DNA from: Octopus sinensis
Taxonomy: Eukaryota
Direction: 5' to 3'
Length of the DNA: 64,000 bases
Assembly: GCF_006345805.1 (NCBI RefSeq)
Contig: NC_043020.1
Location: 9,300,001 to 9,364,000, forward strand
Shown: positions 1 to 11,090 of the stretch, in pieces
Numbering within the stretch: position 1 is the stretch's first letter
How the letters are laid out: the number at the start of each line of letters is the position of its first letter
Notes under the pieces: model-generated
Database searches by the model: none
What the model saw: only the letters and a program-made list of their open reading frames with translations
Told to the model about the DNA's origin: nothing
Program-made: the position numbers and the translations under genes

Positions 1-19
1 GCATCCAGCCATAGAAACC

Positions 20-245
20 TATTTCTTTACTACCCACAAGGGGCTAAACACAGAGGGGATAAACAAGGACAGACAAACGGATTAAGTCAATTATATCGAC
101 CCCAGAGCGTAACTGGTACTTATTTAATCGACCCCGAAAGGATGAATGGCAAAGTCGACCTTGGCAGAATTTGAACCCAGAACATAGTAGCAGACGAAAT
201 ACCACTAAGCATTTCGCCCGGCGTGCTAGCGATTCTGCCAGCTCA
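20..245 (-). mobile_element. SINE family B (tRNA-like head, Meta-domain-like body)
   Basis: Reverse complement of the copies at 13918 and 31211. Flanked by a 14-bp TSD cagccatagaaacc (6-19 and 246-259). Confidence 0.85.
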
Positions 246-450
246 CAGCCATAGAAACCATACCAAATCAGACTGGAATCTGGTACAGGTCTCTGGTTTA
301 GCAGTTCCAGTCAAACCATCCAACCATTGCCAGAATGGAAAGCAGTTGCTAAATGATGACGACTACCTACCAAATTCATCCGCAAAGCTTTGGTTGGCGC
401 AGCGCTATCATAGAGGACACTTGACCAATGTGTCACATTTTTTTTTCTAA

Positions 451-735
451 TCATCATCATCATCATCGCTTAACGTCCGTTCTCCATGCTAGCATGGGTG
501 GGACGGTTCGACCGGGGATCTGAGAAGCCAGAAGGCTGCACCAAGCTCCAGTCTTATCTGGCAGTGTTTCTACAGCTGGATGCCCTTCCTAATGCCAACC
601 ACTCCGTGAGTGTAGTGGGTGCTTTTACATGCCACCTGCACAGGTGCCAGGCGAGGCTGGCAACGGCCACGGTCGGATTGGTGTATTTTATGTGCCACCG
701 GCACGGAAGCCAGTCAAGGCGGCGCTGGCATCGGC
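451..735 (-). mobile_element. SINE-like family D with (ATG)n 3' tail
   Basis: (cat)n followed by cgcttaacgtccgttctccatgctagcatggg...ctggatgcccttcctaatgccaacc. Homologous pieces occur at 1-19/260-330, 15815-16010 and 37180-37285. Confidence 0.65.
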
Positions 736-811
736 AATATTAATTTTAATTGCTTTTCTTTTAATTAAACCAACTAATGAATCTGTACCTCTTTGTCTTG
801 TTCTTCTGCAG

Positions 812-914
812 AGTCCTCGATGACGACAACATGGAGGTGTCTGATGCAGACATCAATGTGTTCAGTGACCGATGTATGGCGCCAGAATGTAAATCATCAA
901 ATTGTACATTATGG
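812..914 (+). CDS. TTLL15: Internal coding exon (third-to-last) of a TTLL15-like tubulin-tyrosine ligase family gene
   Basis: Polypyrimidine tract plus CAG acceptor (809-811) and GTGAGT donor (915). The frame from 813 is open: VLDDDNMEVSDADINVFSDRCMAPECKSSNCTLW. It joins the next exon in phase 0. The family call rests on my recollection of the Cys-rich C-terminus of invertebrate TTLL15 proteins and needs BLASTP confirmation. Confidence 0.7.
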
Positions 915-1120
915 GTGAGTAAATAAACCTTATCACGCCCCCCCCAAACACTCAATTATAAATCTGAGTCTGGTTGATGGAAACTGTTCAGAAGCCTGCT
1001 TTGTATATAACTAATGACTCTTACTGACTCATGATTCAATACTAAAAAACAAAAGATGTGGCCATGTGGACACAAGTTTGCTTTCCAACCACAAGTGTCC
1101 AGGTTCAGTCCTACTGAGTA

Positions 1121-1510
1121 AGGGAGGAAGCACTCCGTCGGTTACGACGACGAGGGTTCCGGTTGATCCGAATCAACGGAATAGCCTGCTCGTGAAATTA
1201 ACGTGTAAGTGGCTGAGCACTCCACAGACACATGCACCCTTAACGTAGTTCTCGGGGATATTCAGCGTGACACAGAGAGTGACAAGGCCGGCCCTTTGAA
1301 ATACAGGTACAACAGAAACAGGAAGTAAGAGTGAGAGAAAGTTGTGGTGAAAGAGTACAGCAGGGATCACCACCATCCCCTGCCGGAGCCTCGTGGAGCT
1401 TTAGGAGTTTTCGCTCAATAAACACTCACAACGCCCGGTCTGGGAATCGAAACCGCAATCCTATGACCGCGAGTCCGCTGCCCTAACCACTGGGCCATTG
1501 TGCCTCCACC
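1121..1510 (-). mobile_element. SINE family C (tRNA-derived head) inserted into the B-box of a family A SINE
   Basis: Head with A-box (tggcccagtgg) and B-box (gtttcgattcc). 12-bp TSD tcctactgagta (1109-1120 and 1511-1522). The family A sequence resumes after the insertion. Confidence 0.9.
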
Positions 1511-2009
1511 TCCTACTGAGTAGCACTTTGAGCAATTGTCTTCTATTATAATCCTGGCCTGACCAAAGCCTTGGGAGTGGATTTAGTAGAAAGAAACTTG
1601 CTGTGTGTCTGTGTGTGTCTCACCACAACCACCACCACCACCACCACCACCACCACCACCACCACCAATACCACCACCACCACTTGATAACTAGTGTTGA
1701 TTTGTCTATGTCCTTGTAAATTAGCAATTCAGCATAAAAGATCAACAAAAAATAAATCCTGGGGCAAATTCATTCAACTAAAACCTTTCAAGGTGGTGCT
1801 CCAGCATGGCTGTAGTCCAATGACTAAAACAAGTAAAAGATGAAAGACAAAAGATTAACAGGATCTGAACTCAGAACATAAAGGGTCGAAAGTAAACATC
1901 ACTCACCATTTTGTCTGCCATTCCATGTACTCTGTGTAAAACATTTGATAAAGCTAATTAAAACCAGCAACATCTGTAATTGTGGCTTCTGTTTCTTGTT
2001 TGATACCAG

Positions 2010-2123
2010 AAATGTCGGCTGTGTAATTATTGTATGACACCCAGAGAGAAACTCATTGCTAAAATGGCCTACTTGGAACATATTAACCGAGGAAATACAA
2101 GACGAATCCTTCCCCCCGTGGCT
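2010..2123 (+). CDS. TTLL15: Penultimate coding exon of TTLL15-like gene
   Basis: CCAG acceptor (2006-2009) and GTAAGT donor (2124). 114 nt, phase 0/0, open: KCRLCNYCMTPREKLIAKMAYLEHINRGNTRRILPPVA. AYLEHxNRGxxRRIxP resembles the E..R.G...RIFP motif C-terminal to TTL domains. Confidence 0.75.
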
Positions 2124-2170
2124 GTAAGTCTTTAGAATTAATTCTTTACTTTTATTGTATTATTATATTT

Positions 2171-2420
2171 ATGTCAAAGTATAGAAGCCATCTTATCATG
2201 GCTAACCACATTGGGGAGGGAGTGTTACTGTAGCTTTATAGCCCCAAGAGATCTTCGTCTCTAGCTGGCTTTAGACACAATATCAGTGTACAAGCTCCAA
2301 GGACACTGATATTGTGTCTAAAGCCAGCTAGAGACGAAGATCTCTTGGGGCTATAAAGCTACAGTAACACCCCCTCCCCAATGTGGTTAGCCATGATAAG
2401 ATGGCTTCTATACTTTACAT
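2171..2420. repeat. Near-perfect palindrome with 114-bp arms and 13-nt loop
   Basis: 2176-2289 is the reverse complement of 2303-2416 at 113/114 positions. The single mismatch is A2221/C2371. Confidence 0.95.
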
Positions 2421-3038
2421 TATCGAGCGATTACTGTTTCAATCTCATTCTGAGATTTAATTATGCCTATATTTATGCCATAAATAGGAAAACAGAGGTG
2501 AATGAGACAAACAGACTTTGTTAAATATTAATATTGTAGGTTAAGTTATTATTCTTCAGACTCCAAATGTGAGTTATGAGGATAGTATCAGAGTGACTTT
2601 GTAAACATCTGAAAGTGTGACTATGCTGGTTGTATCTTTGTTTAAATGGATTTGTTATTAAGCTGTTGTAATTATATGTTATTCCAAATAACATTGGATT
2701 TTATCAAGGTTCAATTATGAGTGGATTTTTTGAGACAGTTATCATTAACCAAATTTATCAATAAACGGTATTTACATTTTATGATGTTATTATTTAAGTT
2801 CTGGTAATTCTTATTAGTTATTATTTTCTTTGTGGATGTCCAAGTTCTTTAGTGTTACCTATCTAATTTTGAGTGAATCTGGGTTAAGCATTTTTCAATC
2901 TCCTGTAGGTGAAAAACTGTTTTACCAAGAGAAGTGCTTACAACATTTAAATAATGTTGATTATATCATGTGGTATATTCTCTTATATTCTCTCTCTTAT
3001 TTAACTTTGTTGTATATGATGTTTAAAGGTTTGTTTAA

Positions 3039-3247
3039 CCCTTTAGTATTTAAACCGGCCAAAATAGTTAATCTGTTTTATGTTCAAACTGACCAGATCC
3101 AGGCTCTCACACCTACCCCACAATGTTATTCTACGTTAAGTAATTACACCATCAAGATCTTGAAGATATGAGATAATGCATGATTAATTCAAATCAATGG
3201 GAATCAATAGGCATTATGTTTGATTGAATAATCTGAACACTAAAGGG
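3039..3247. mobile_element. piggyBac-type MITE
   Basis: TTAA|CCCTTTAG...CTAAAGGG|TTAA: TTAA TSDs at 3035-3038 and 3248-3251 with CCC/GGG termini. Confidence 0.8.
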
Positions 3248-3435
3248 TTAAAAGTGCTGGATATCAGTTGATTATTAGGGATTTGCTTTTCTTTGAATGC
3301 CGATTCATGATATGCAAGCATGGCTGTGTGGGTAAGAAGCTTGCTTCCCAACTATACAGTTTCAGGTTCAGTCCCTCTGCATGGCACCTTGGGCAACAAT
3401 CTTCCACTACAGCCTCAGATCAACTAATACATTGT

Positions 3436-3821
3436 GGTGGAAGCACTCCGTCGGTTACGACGACGAGGGTTCCGGTTGATCCGAATCAACAGAACAGCCT
3501 GCTCGTGAAATTAACGTGTAAGTGGCTGAGCACTCCACAGACACGTGTACCCTTAACGTAGTTCTCGGGGATATTCAGCGTGACACAGAGAGTGACAAGG
3601 CCGGCCCTTTTAAATACAGGTACAACAGAAACAGGAAGTAAGAGTGAGAGAAAGTTGTGGTGAAAGAGTACAGCAGGGATCACCACCATCCCCTGCAGGA
3701 GCCTCGTGGAGCTTTTAGGTGTTTTCGCTCAATAAACACTCACAACGCCCGGTCTGGGAATCGAAACCGCAAACCTATGACCGCGAGTCCGCTGCCCTAA
3801 CCACTGGGCCATTGCGCCTCC
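3436..3821 (-). mobile_element. SINE family C, full length
   Basis: High identity to the copy at 1121-1510. 13-bp TSD actaatacattgt (3423-3435 and 3822-3834). Confidence 0.9.
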
Positions 3822-4164
3822 ACTAATACATTGTACAGTACACAGGATAAAAACACAAAAAGATAGGGAAAAAAGAAGACAATAAAAGAGCCACAGAGAA
3901 GAAAGGGTGTACGTGTGTGTCAAGAGTAGTGTCGATGAATTCCAGGAAGCATGGAATTGTTGAAGGATAGTGTGTGCTGACAGCTAACAGCTATGTCGGT
4001 ACTTCATTCCATGCTTTGGCAATTTTGAGCTTGAAAAAAAATGTTTCCAAAACTCATGGGTGTTGTGCTGTTTTTTTGATTTTATAAGCATGTTCACAGA
4101 TAATAGAAATACTGAAGATAAAATGGTGGCCAAAGTTGTGGGATAATCTTGTGGGATTGATTAA

Positions 4165-4551
4165 CCGTTTAGCATTTAGATTATCCACTTAAAGCTAAAG
4201 CTTATTTCCTTACGTTATTTTAAATCAATCAAGCATTATCTTGTAGGTGTAAGATGTGAAGGATGTGACTGCTTATTTTTAGAATGACATTGTAGGATAG
4301 GTATGATAGGTCTGATCTGACTGGTTTGGACATAAAACAGGTAGAATATTTGGACCGGATAATGCATGTTTATTTGTATCATTTTGAATTAATAATGAAT
4401 TATCTTATAACTTTGAGATTTCATTGATGCGATTGCTTATTTTGAGAATGACATTGTAGGGTAGGTGTGAGAGGCTGGATCTGGCTGGTTTGAACATAAA
4501 ACAAAGTAGAGTATTATGGACCAGATTTAGTTAGTTTAAATGCCAAAGGAC
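4165..4551. mobile_element. Degenerate inverted copy of the 3039-3247 MITE with an internal duplication
   Basis: Starts TTAA|CCGTTTAG. 4447-4500 is the reverse complement of about 3075-3130. The segment agaatgacattgtagg...cataaaaca occurs twice. Confidence 0.65.
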
Positions 4552-4737
4552 TAAGTATAACTATGAATGTTTTAAATTGAAATTTTTTCACTTATTTCAA
4601 AGAACTCAAGATGGATTTGTCCCAGAAGTGTTTTTCTTTTTAATATTTGCTTTTTTGTTAAATATTTCTTTTGAGATTTAAGAAAAATATTTGTATTTGA
4701 AATTATTTTTATTTAAAAAATTTGTTTTTTTTTGCAG

Positions 4738-4860
4738 GACACGGCTGAAGAATTGGCCATTTTGACCCAAACTCAAATCTCTCAAGAGAGCGAAGAGAAT
4801 AAATTTATGTCATTATGGTTCCTTGGACAGTGCCAAAGAGATGCAACTTGGTGCCATTAG
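4738..4860 (+). CDS. TTLL15: Terminal coding exon of TTLL15-like gene (stop TAG 4858-4860)
   Basis: T-rich tract plus GCAG acceptor (4734-4737). Only frame 0 is open, matching the previous exon: DTAEELAILTQTQISQESEENKFMSLWFLGQCQRDATWCH*. The NxxMxxWFxGxCxxDxxWC end matches what I recall for TTLL15. Confidence 0.7.
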   Translation, partial: DTAEELAILTQTQISQESEENKFMSLWFLGQCQRDATWCH

Positions 4861-4920
4861 CATAAAACCATTTATTCATCCCAAACATGATGCTGCTTAT
4901 GTCTTAAGATGTCCTCGGAA

Positions 4921-5900
4921 TATTACCAACAAGAAACCCACATACACTCATAAGGTACCTCTCTGTTTTATGAGGTACCTATAGATGCTCAATATTGCCT
5001 ATAGGAAACTTATATGTTCTTAAGGTACCATACATACCCAATATGAGTCTCTGGGTATTACAAAAGAAACAATAAACTCTCAGTATCTCATAAGATGTCT
5101 TGAGATACCCTGAATGATCTATGAAAAACCTAATGTATTTATAACGTACATATGTTCTATAAGGTACCCAGAGGAACTAAATGTGAGTCACAAATCTATA
5201 AGGTACCTATAAGATATCGAGAGATACTCAGGGTAACTGGATATTACTTACAAACAACTATATTACCAACAAGATATATCATTCTTCCATAAGGTACCTA
5301 TAAGCACAGAAAATATTGTTGCTTGTGCAGAATCAATCTGTACAAAGAGGTACTCAACAACACATACTGGAAATCTACATGTACCAATAAGGTACCACTG
5401 TTCTTGAAATACAGTGAGTATTCCTAGAGATACTCCCTGTGAGATCTTGGATATTACCTGCAAAATGCTTATACATACCTATTATATAAGGTACCTTGGC
5501 TACTTAATGTGAGCCCTTGGATATGATCTACAGATAACAAGACTATATGCATCTTAAGGTACCTCAGCTCCACAGGGTACCTATAGCAACTGCATATCAC
5601 TTAATAATAGCTATATGTACCTACATGATAATAAGGTGCATATAATGCTTCTTTATTTCCCATGGAAACTCCTATGTACATATATGGTACCTGTGTTTTA
5701 TAAGGTACTTATAGGTGCTAAGTGTGAATGCTTGGACATTTATTTATAGACAACAAACCTATGTGCACCCGCAAGGTACACCTCTGTTGTATATGTTACC
5801 CATGGGTACTCAATATGACCTATAACAAATCTGTAATCACCAGTCAAGTACCCTTGTTCCACCAAACAGTACCTCAAAGTACTTAATGTTGCCTCTTGGC
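4921..5900. repeat. Old degenerate minisatellite with a recurrent (A)AGGTACC(T) core
   Basis: 11 exact GGTACC sites (4954, 4974, 5024, 5163, 5202, 5293, 5391, 5490, 5558, 5576, 5686) plus near-matches, in repeated context such as tattaccaacaaga...cataaggtacct. Confidence 0.7.
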
Positions 5901-5905
5901 TCCTC

Positions 5906-6387
5906 GTCAATCACCAAATGTGAGACTGCTCATCAATCACATGCATAACTGACCTCAGGTCACTCACCACACACTCACACCTAAGTGACTTCAGGTTATT
6001 CACTCGCACCATTCAGTCACACATATAACTGGCCTCTGGTCACTCATCAATCATATGCATAAATGGTCCCTAGTCACACATTAGTCACGTACTTGATTGA
6101 CTTCAGGTCACTCATCAATCGCACACATAACTCACCTTAGCTTATTGTCAATCACCAAATGTGAGACTGCTCATCAATCACATGCATAACTGACCTCAGG
6201 TCACTCACCACCCACTCACACCTAAGTGACTTCAGGTTATTCACATGCACCATTCAGTCACACATATAACTGGCCTCTGGTCACTCATCAATCATATGCA
6301 TAAATGGTCCCTAGTCACACATCAGTCATGTACTTGATTGACTTCAGGTCACTCATCAATCGCACACATAACTCACCTTAGCTTATT
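5906..6387. repeat. Two-copy 241-bp tandem duplication built from ~40-bp subrepeats
   Basis: gtcaatcaccaaatg...cttagcttatt at 5906-6146 and 6147-6387, near identical. Confidence 0.9.
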
Positions 6388-6985
6388 ATTTCATTTAGCA
6401 TTACAACCTATGGGTAAAGAAGTGTGTGTGTGTGTGCATGTGTATGTATGTGCGTGCATGCATGTGTGTGTACATGTGTAGTGCATATGTGTGTGTGTGT
6501 GTTGTGTGTGTGTGCGTATTAGGAAATAAGATGTTATTGGCAGGATTCACACTTAATATATACGTCCCTCTGCCGAGGTGGACTTTGCCTTTCATAAGTA
6601 CCAGTTAAGTACTTGAGTCATTGTAATTGCCTTACCCCCACCCCCAAATTGCTGGCCTTGTGCCAAAATTTGAAACCATTACACATCTCTCTCTCTCTCT
6701 CTTTCTCTCCATCAGTTTTTCTCTCTTTCACTCACTCTGTCTGTCTGTTTGTCCTGCCGTCTCTCCCTGTGCTTATCTGTCCCTTTTCTCTTTTTCTTTC
6801 TTTCTCTGTCTGTGTGTCTATTTTCCTCTTTCTCCCCCTCTGGTCATATCTCCATCCTCCTCTCTCTCTCTCTACTTTTCCTCTTCCCACATATTCCCCA
6901 CAATACTCCACAAATCTTCAACCCAAACCCCACTTCATTTCCCCCTTTTTTTTTGTCCCAGAATGCACCAAGTGTCCTGCCATTT

Positions 6986-7363
6986 GTGGAAGCACTCCGT
7001 CGGTTACGACGATGAGGGTTCCGGTTGATCCGAATGAATGGAACAGCCTGCTCGTGAAATTAAAGTGTAAGTGGCTGAGCACTCCACAGACACGTGTACC
7101 CTTAACGTAGTTCTCGGGGATATTCAGCGTGACACAGAGAGTGACAAGGCCGGCCCTTTGAAATACAGGTACAACAGAAACAGGAAGTAAAAGTGAGAGA
7201 AAGTTGAGGCGAAAGAGTAAAACAGGGGTCGCCACCACCCCCTGCCAGAGCCTCGTGGAGCTTTAGGTGTTTTCGCTCAATAAACACACACAACGGCCAG
7301 TCTGGGAATCGAAACTGCGATCCTCCGACCGCGAGTCTGCTGCCCTAACCACTGGGCCATTGC
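6986..7363 (-). mobile_element. SINE family C
   Basis: Homologous to the other family C copies. 10-bp TSD cctgccattt (6976-6985 and 7364-7373). Confidence 0.9.
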
Positions 7364-9608
7364 CCTGCCATTTATAACCCTCTAGGGCAGCCATTTTCAA
7401 AAAGTGGGCCCACATGAGACATGGCTCATCCCCCCCAGTGGGTTGCACTAGTTCAAAAAAATTCAAGCTGACTTTTCATTTAAGCATGAAAGTCCCAAGG
7501 GGCCACAGTTTGCCTTATGACTAATTTAAAATGACTGCCAGGCCCCTTGTCCCTTGTTATGGCCCCTTTGAATGAATATTTAATAAATTAAAACACCTTG
7601 ACATGTCTCAGGGATGAAATATGGAAACAGAAAAATTTCCACAGAAAATGCAAATCTGTAAATAATAATTTAACTTTCAAAATGCTGTTGTTGTTATTGT
7701 TGCTGTCATTATTGTTGTTATTTTATTATTTTTGTTTTTGTTGTCATTGCTATTTTTGCTGTTGTTTTTGTTGTTGTTTAACCCCAGGTAGTCCTGATTG
7801 AGCTGTCCTATGATCAAATGCATTCCAGCCATGACCATCGTGTCTTTTCTCCATCACAGTCCATCCAGAACCTATTATTCGATGTGTCCTTCCTTCTTTA
7901 AGGCAATGTGGTTTTGAGTTAGATTTGTCTGCTATTTCTAGCAGATCAAATCCAGATCAGGAAGACCTACGAATTAAAAGTATCCCAGCAAAAAAGACAA
8001 CCCTGTCAATGTTCCTTTGCATCTCAGTGGTGGTGGTCATGGGGAGGTTTTAGTTGTGCAAAATTCTTTCAATATCGAAGACGTTGTGCAGTGTTTGGCA
8101 TCATGCAGCAAAACCTGCACATTTATTGCAACAAACCTGTGCAGCATTTAGTTGCACAGGAACCAACAACAGATGCATTTAGTTCTTGTGCAATTTGTGC
8201 AGTGGTTGGACAATGTGTGCATCATGTATACTGATGCACATTCATACAATCATATACATGCACATTCATACAATCATACACACACACATGCACACATATG
8301 CACAAAGTTATACACACGTTCACACACATACAATCATTTACATATACACGTACACTCCAGTTATGCATATGTACGCACAGGTGCACATAATTGCACACAC
8401 ATGCAATATACATGGTCACACATGCAGATGCTTATAGTTGCGCAGACACCTGCAAATATAACCAGGTATGACCAGCAACTTCAGGGGAGGGGGTAAGTCG
8501 ATTACTTGACCTAGTGCGCAGCTGGTACTTATTTTATCCACCCCAGAAGGATAAAAGGAAAAAAAAAATGTTTGCATATGCATAAGTATATTTACATTAC
8601 ATGCACATACAGGCACAGGCTGTGTGGTAAGAAGCTTGCTTCCCAACCACATGGTTCTGGGTTCAGTCCCACTGCATAGCATCTTGGGCAAGTATCTTCT
8701 GATATAGCCTCAAGCTGACCAAAGCCTTGCGGGTGGATTTGGTAGGTGGATACTGAAAGAAGTCCATCGTATATATACATATATATGTCTGTGGTTGTCC
8801 ATCCATCATCGCTTGGCAACCAAAAGAGACTGATAGAATGAGGACTAGGCTTACAAAGAATAAGTCCTCATGTGGATTTGCTTGACTAAAGGCAGTGCTC
8901 CAGCATGGCCACAGTCAAATGACAATTAAAAGAAAAAAGGATACACACATACACATATTGCGTAGACGAAGCCCTTGGCAACAGTTTGCATTTTGTGTTT
9001 ATCACCAAATCCGTTTCTTTAGAAAACCAAAGACAATCAGAACCCCTTTTTTTTTGGTGCCAGCCATTTCCTCATCTGCAATGTTTTACCTTTAACTTGT
9101 CCTTAAGACCCAAGAATGCAAACTTGACAAGTGTTCCCTGTTCCCAGTGATAAAAGAAAAATTATGACTTATTAGTTTCAAATTTTGGCACAAGGCCAGC
9201 AATTTTGAGGGAATTGGTTAAGTTGATTACATCGACCCCAGTATTCAACTGGTACTTATTTTGTCAATCCAGAAAGGTTGAAAGGCAAAGTTGAGCCCAC
9301 CAAAATTTGAACTCAGAACATAGTGATGGGCAAAATTCTATTAAACAGTTTACGCAATGTGCTAATCAATCTTCCAACTAATCAATCTGCCTTATCATTT
9401 ATTAATAAATTATAAATGAAGTTTATAATTATTTTTTAAAACTTCGTTAAGGATAACAATAGAATATTTAGACATTTATTGTAAAATTAATATTGACTGG
9501 AACATTGCTGTAAAATATTAGTAACATTTAGCAGACTCACTTGCATAGCAAGTGACCTGATCTGGGGCCATGAGTTGAAACAAAAACAGTTGCAGCATGG
9601 AAGATGTT

Positions 9609-9838
9609 TGTAAGCTATTTAAAAAAACACAAAAACCGTCAGATTCCCTTCAACATTTAAATTTCATTGGTGTCAAAATATTTTCATCTCTTCGAAACCA
9701 CATCCTGTTCACTGACAGCACAAAATTTTGTCTGTGAACAGGTTATGGTTTTAAAGTGATGGAAATATTTTGACACAAATGAAATTTAAATGTTGAAGTG
9801 AATCTAACGGTTTTTGTGTGTTTTTTAAATGGATTACA
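9609..9838. mobile_element. Foldback/MITE-like palindrome (diverged arms)
   Basis: The left arm tgtaagctatttaaaaaaacacaaaaaccgtcagattc... is the imperfect reverse complement of the right arm ...gaatctaacggtttttgtgtgttttttaaatggattaca, centred near 9722-9729. Confidence 0.8.
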
Positions 9839-10020
9839 GGCAGCTGCAATTGTATAATTAACATTTTTTAGTGAAAATTTGTAATAAAAAAAATTAATTT
9901 ACTTGACAGAATTATGGATAAATAAAAATCTAAATTATGAATTTAAATTATACAAAACCATTATTTGCACTGCATACAAAAAGATCCCAAATGGTTATTT
10001 CCAAGTTTATTCTTGATACA

Positions 10021-10191
10021 GGCGCAGGAGTGGCTGTGTGGTAAGTAGCTTGTTTACCAACCACATGGTTCCGGGTTCAATCCCACTGCATGGCACCTTG
10101 GGCAAGTGTCTTCTACTATAGCCTCAGGCCGACCAGAGCCTTGTGAGTGGATTTGGTAGATGGAAACTGAAAGAAGCCTGTCGTATATATG

Positions 10192-10233
<42 letters not shown>

Positions 10234-10448
10234 TGTGTGTGTGTTTGTGTGTCTGTGTTTGTCCCCCCTAGCATTGATTGACAACTGATGTTGGTGTGTT
10301 TATGTCCCCGTCACTTAGCAGTTCGGCAAAACAGACCGATAGAATAAGTACTGGGCTTGCAAAGAATAAGTCCCGGGGTCGAGTTGCTCGATTAAAGGCG
10401 GTGCTCCAGCATGGCTGCAGTCAAAATGACTGAAACAAGTAAAAAGAG
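10021..10448 (+). mobile_element. SINE family A, full length (tRNA head, CORE-like segment, internal microsatellite)
   Basis: A-box tggctgtgtgg, B-box ggttcaatccc, CORE-like ccttgggcaagt, internal (TA)n(TG)n, and a tail ending gactgaaacaagtaaaaagag. More than 20 related copies or fragments lie in the window. Confidence 0.9.
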
Positions 10449-10934
10449 AAAAAAAAAGAGATACTTTCTAGCAGAGCAACGTGGAGAGCAGGCAGAATGA
10501 TTAGCATGCAGGGTGTAATGCTTAGTGGCATTTTGTCTGTCCTAATGTTCTGGGTTCTAATTCTGCTGAGGTTGATTTAAAAAAAATTTTTTTTTTTTCC
10601 TTTTATCCTTCTGGGGTGGATAAAATAAGTACCAGCTGCGCACTGGGTCAAGTAATCGACTTACCCCCTCCCCCGAAGTTGCTGGCATTGGGACAAAATT
10701 TGATGGAATTATTCATAAAATTCTCAATAAATTTATTCATAAATTTAAAACGATTAATTACTGACAATGCTCATTAGTCTCTGGCAAAGAAATAAACACA
10801 CAAACAATACATAAATAAAAAAATAAAACCAGAGAAAAACGAAGTCATGTGACCACTGAAGTTTTAAAGATTTTTTTTTTTTGCTTTTTGCTTTCTTCTC
10901 AACCTTTTTTCTTTGTTACTTTTCTCATGTTTTT

Positions 10935-10968
10935 CTTCTGATGAAAGACTAATGTCCGAAATGTCAAG
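10935..10968 (+). ncRNA. Degenerate minimal type I hammerhead ribozyme-like motif
   Basis: ctt-CTGATGA-a-agac-taat-gtcc-GAAA-t-GTC-aag: core, short stem II, GUC triplet and a pairing stem I. Two stem positions are mutated. AATAAA lies about 30 nt downstream. Confidence 0.45.
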
Positions 10969-11090
10969 GTGTTTTACTCCTCTTTTAATCATTAAGCTAA
11001 TAAAATGTTTGTATTTTCTTTGTTGTTGGTTTCTTATTGTTCATTACAATTACAATATATATATAATATATATTATATATAATATATATA

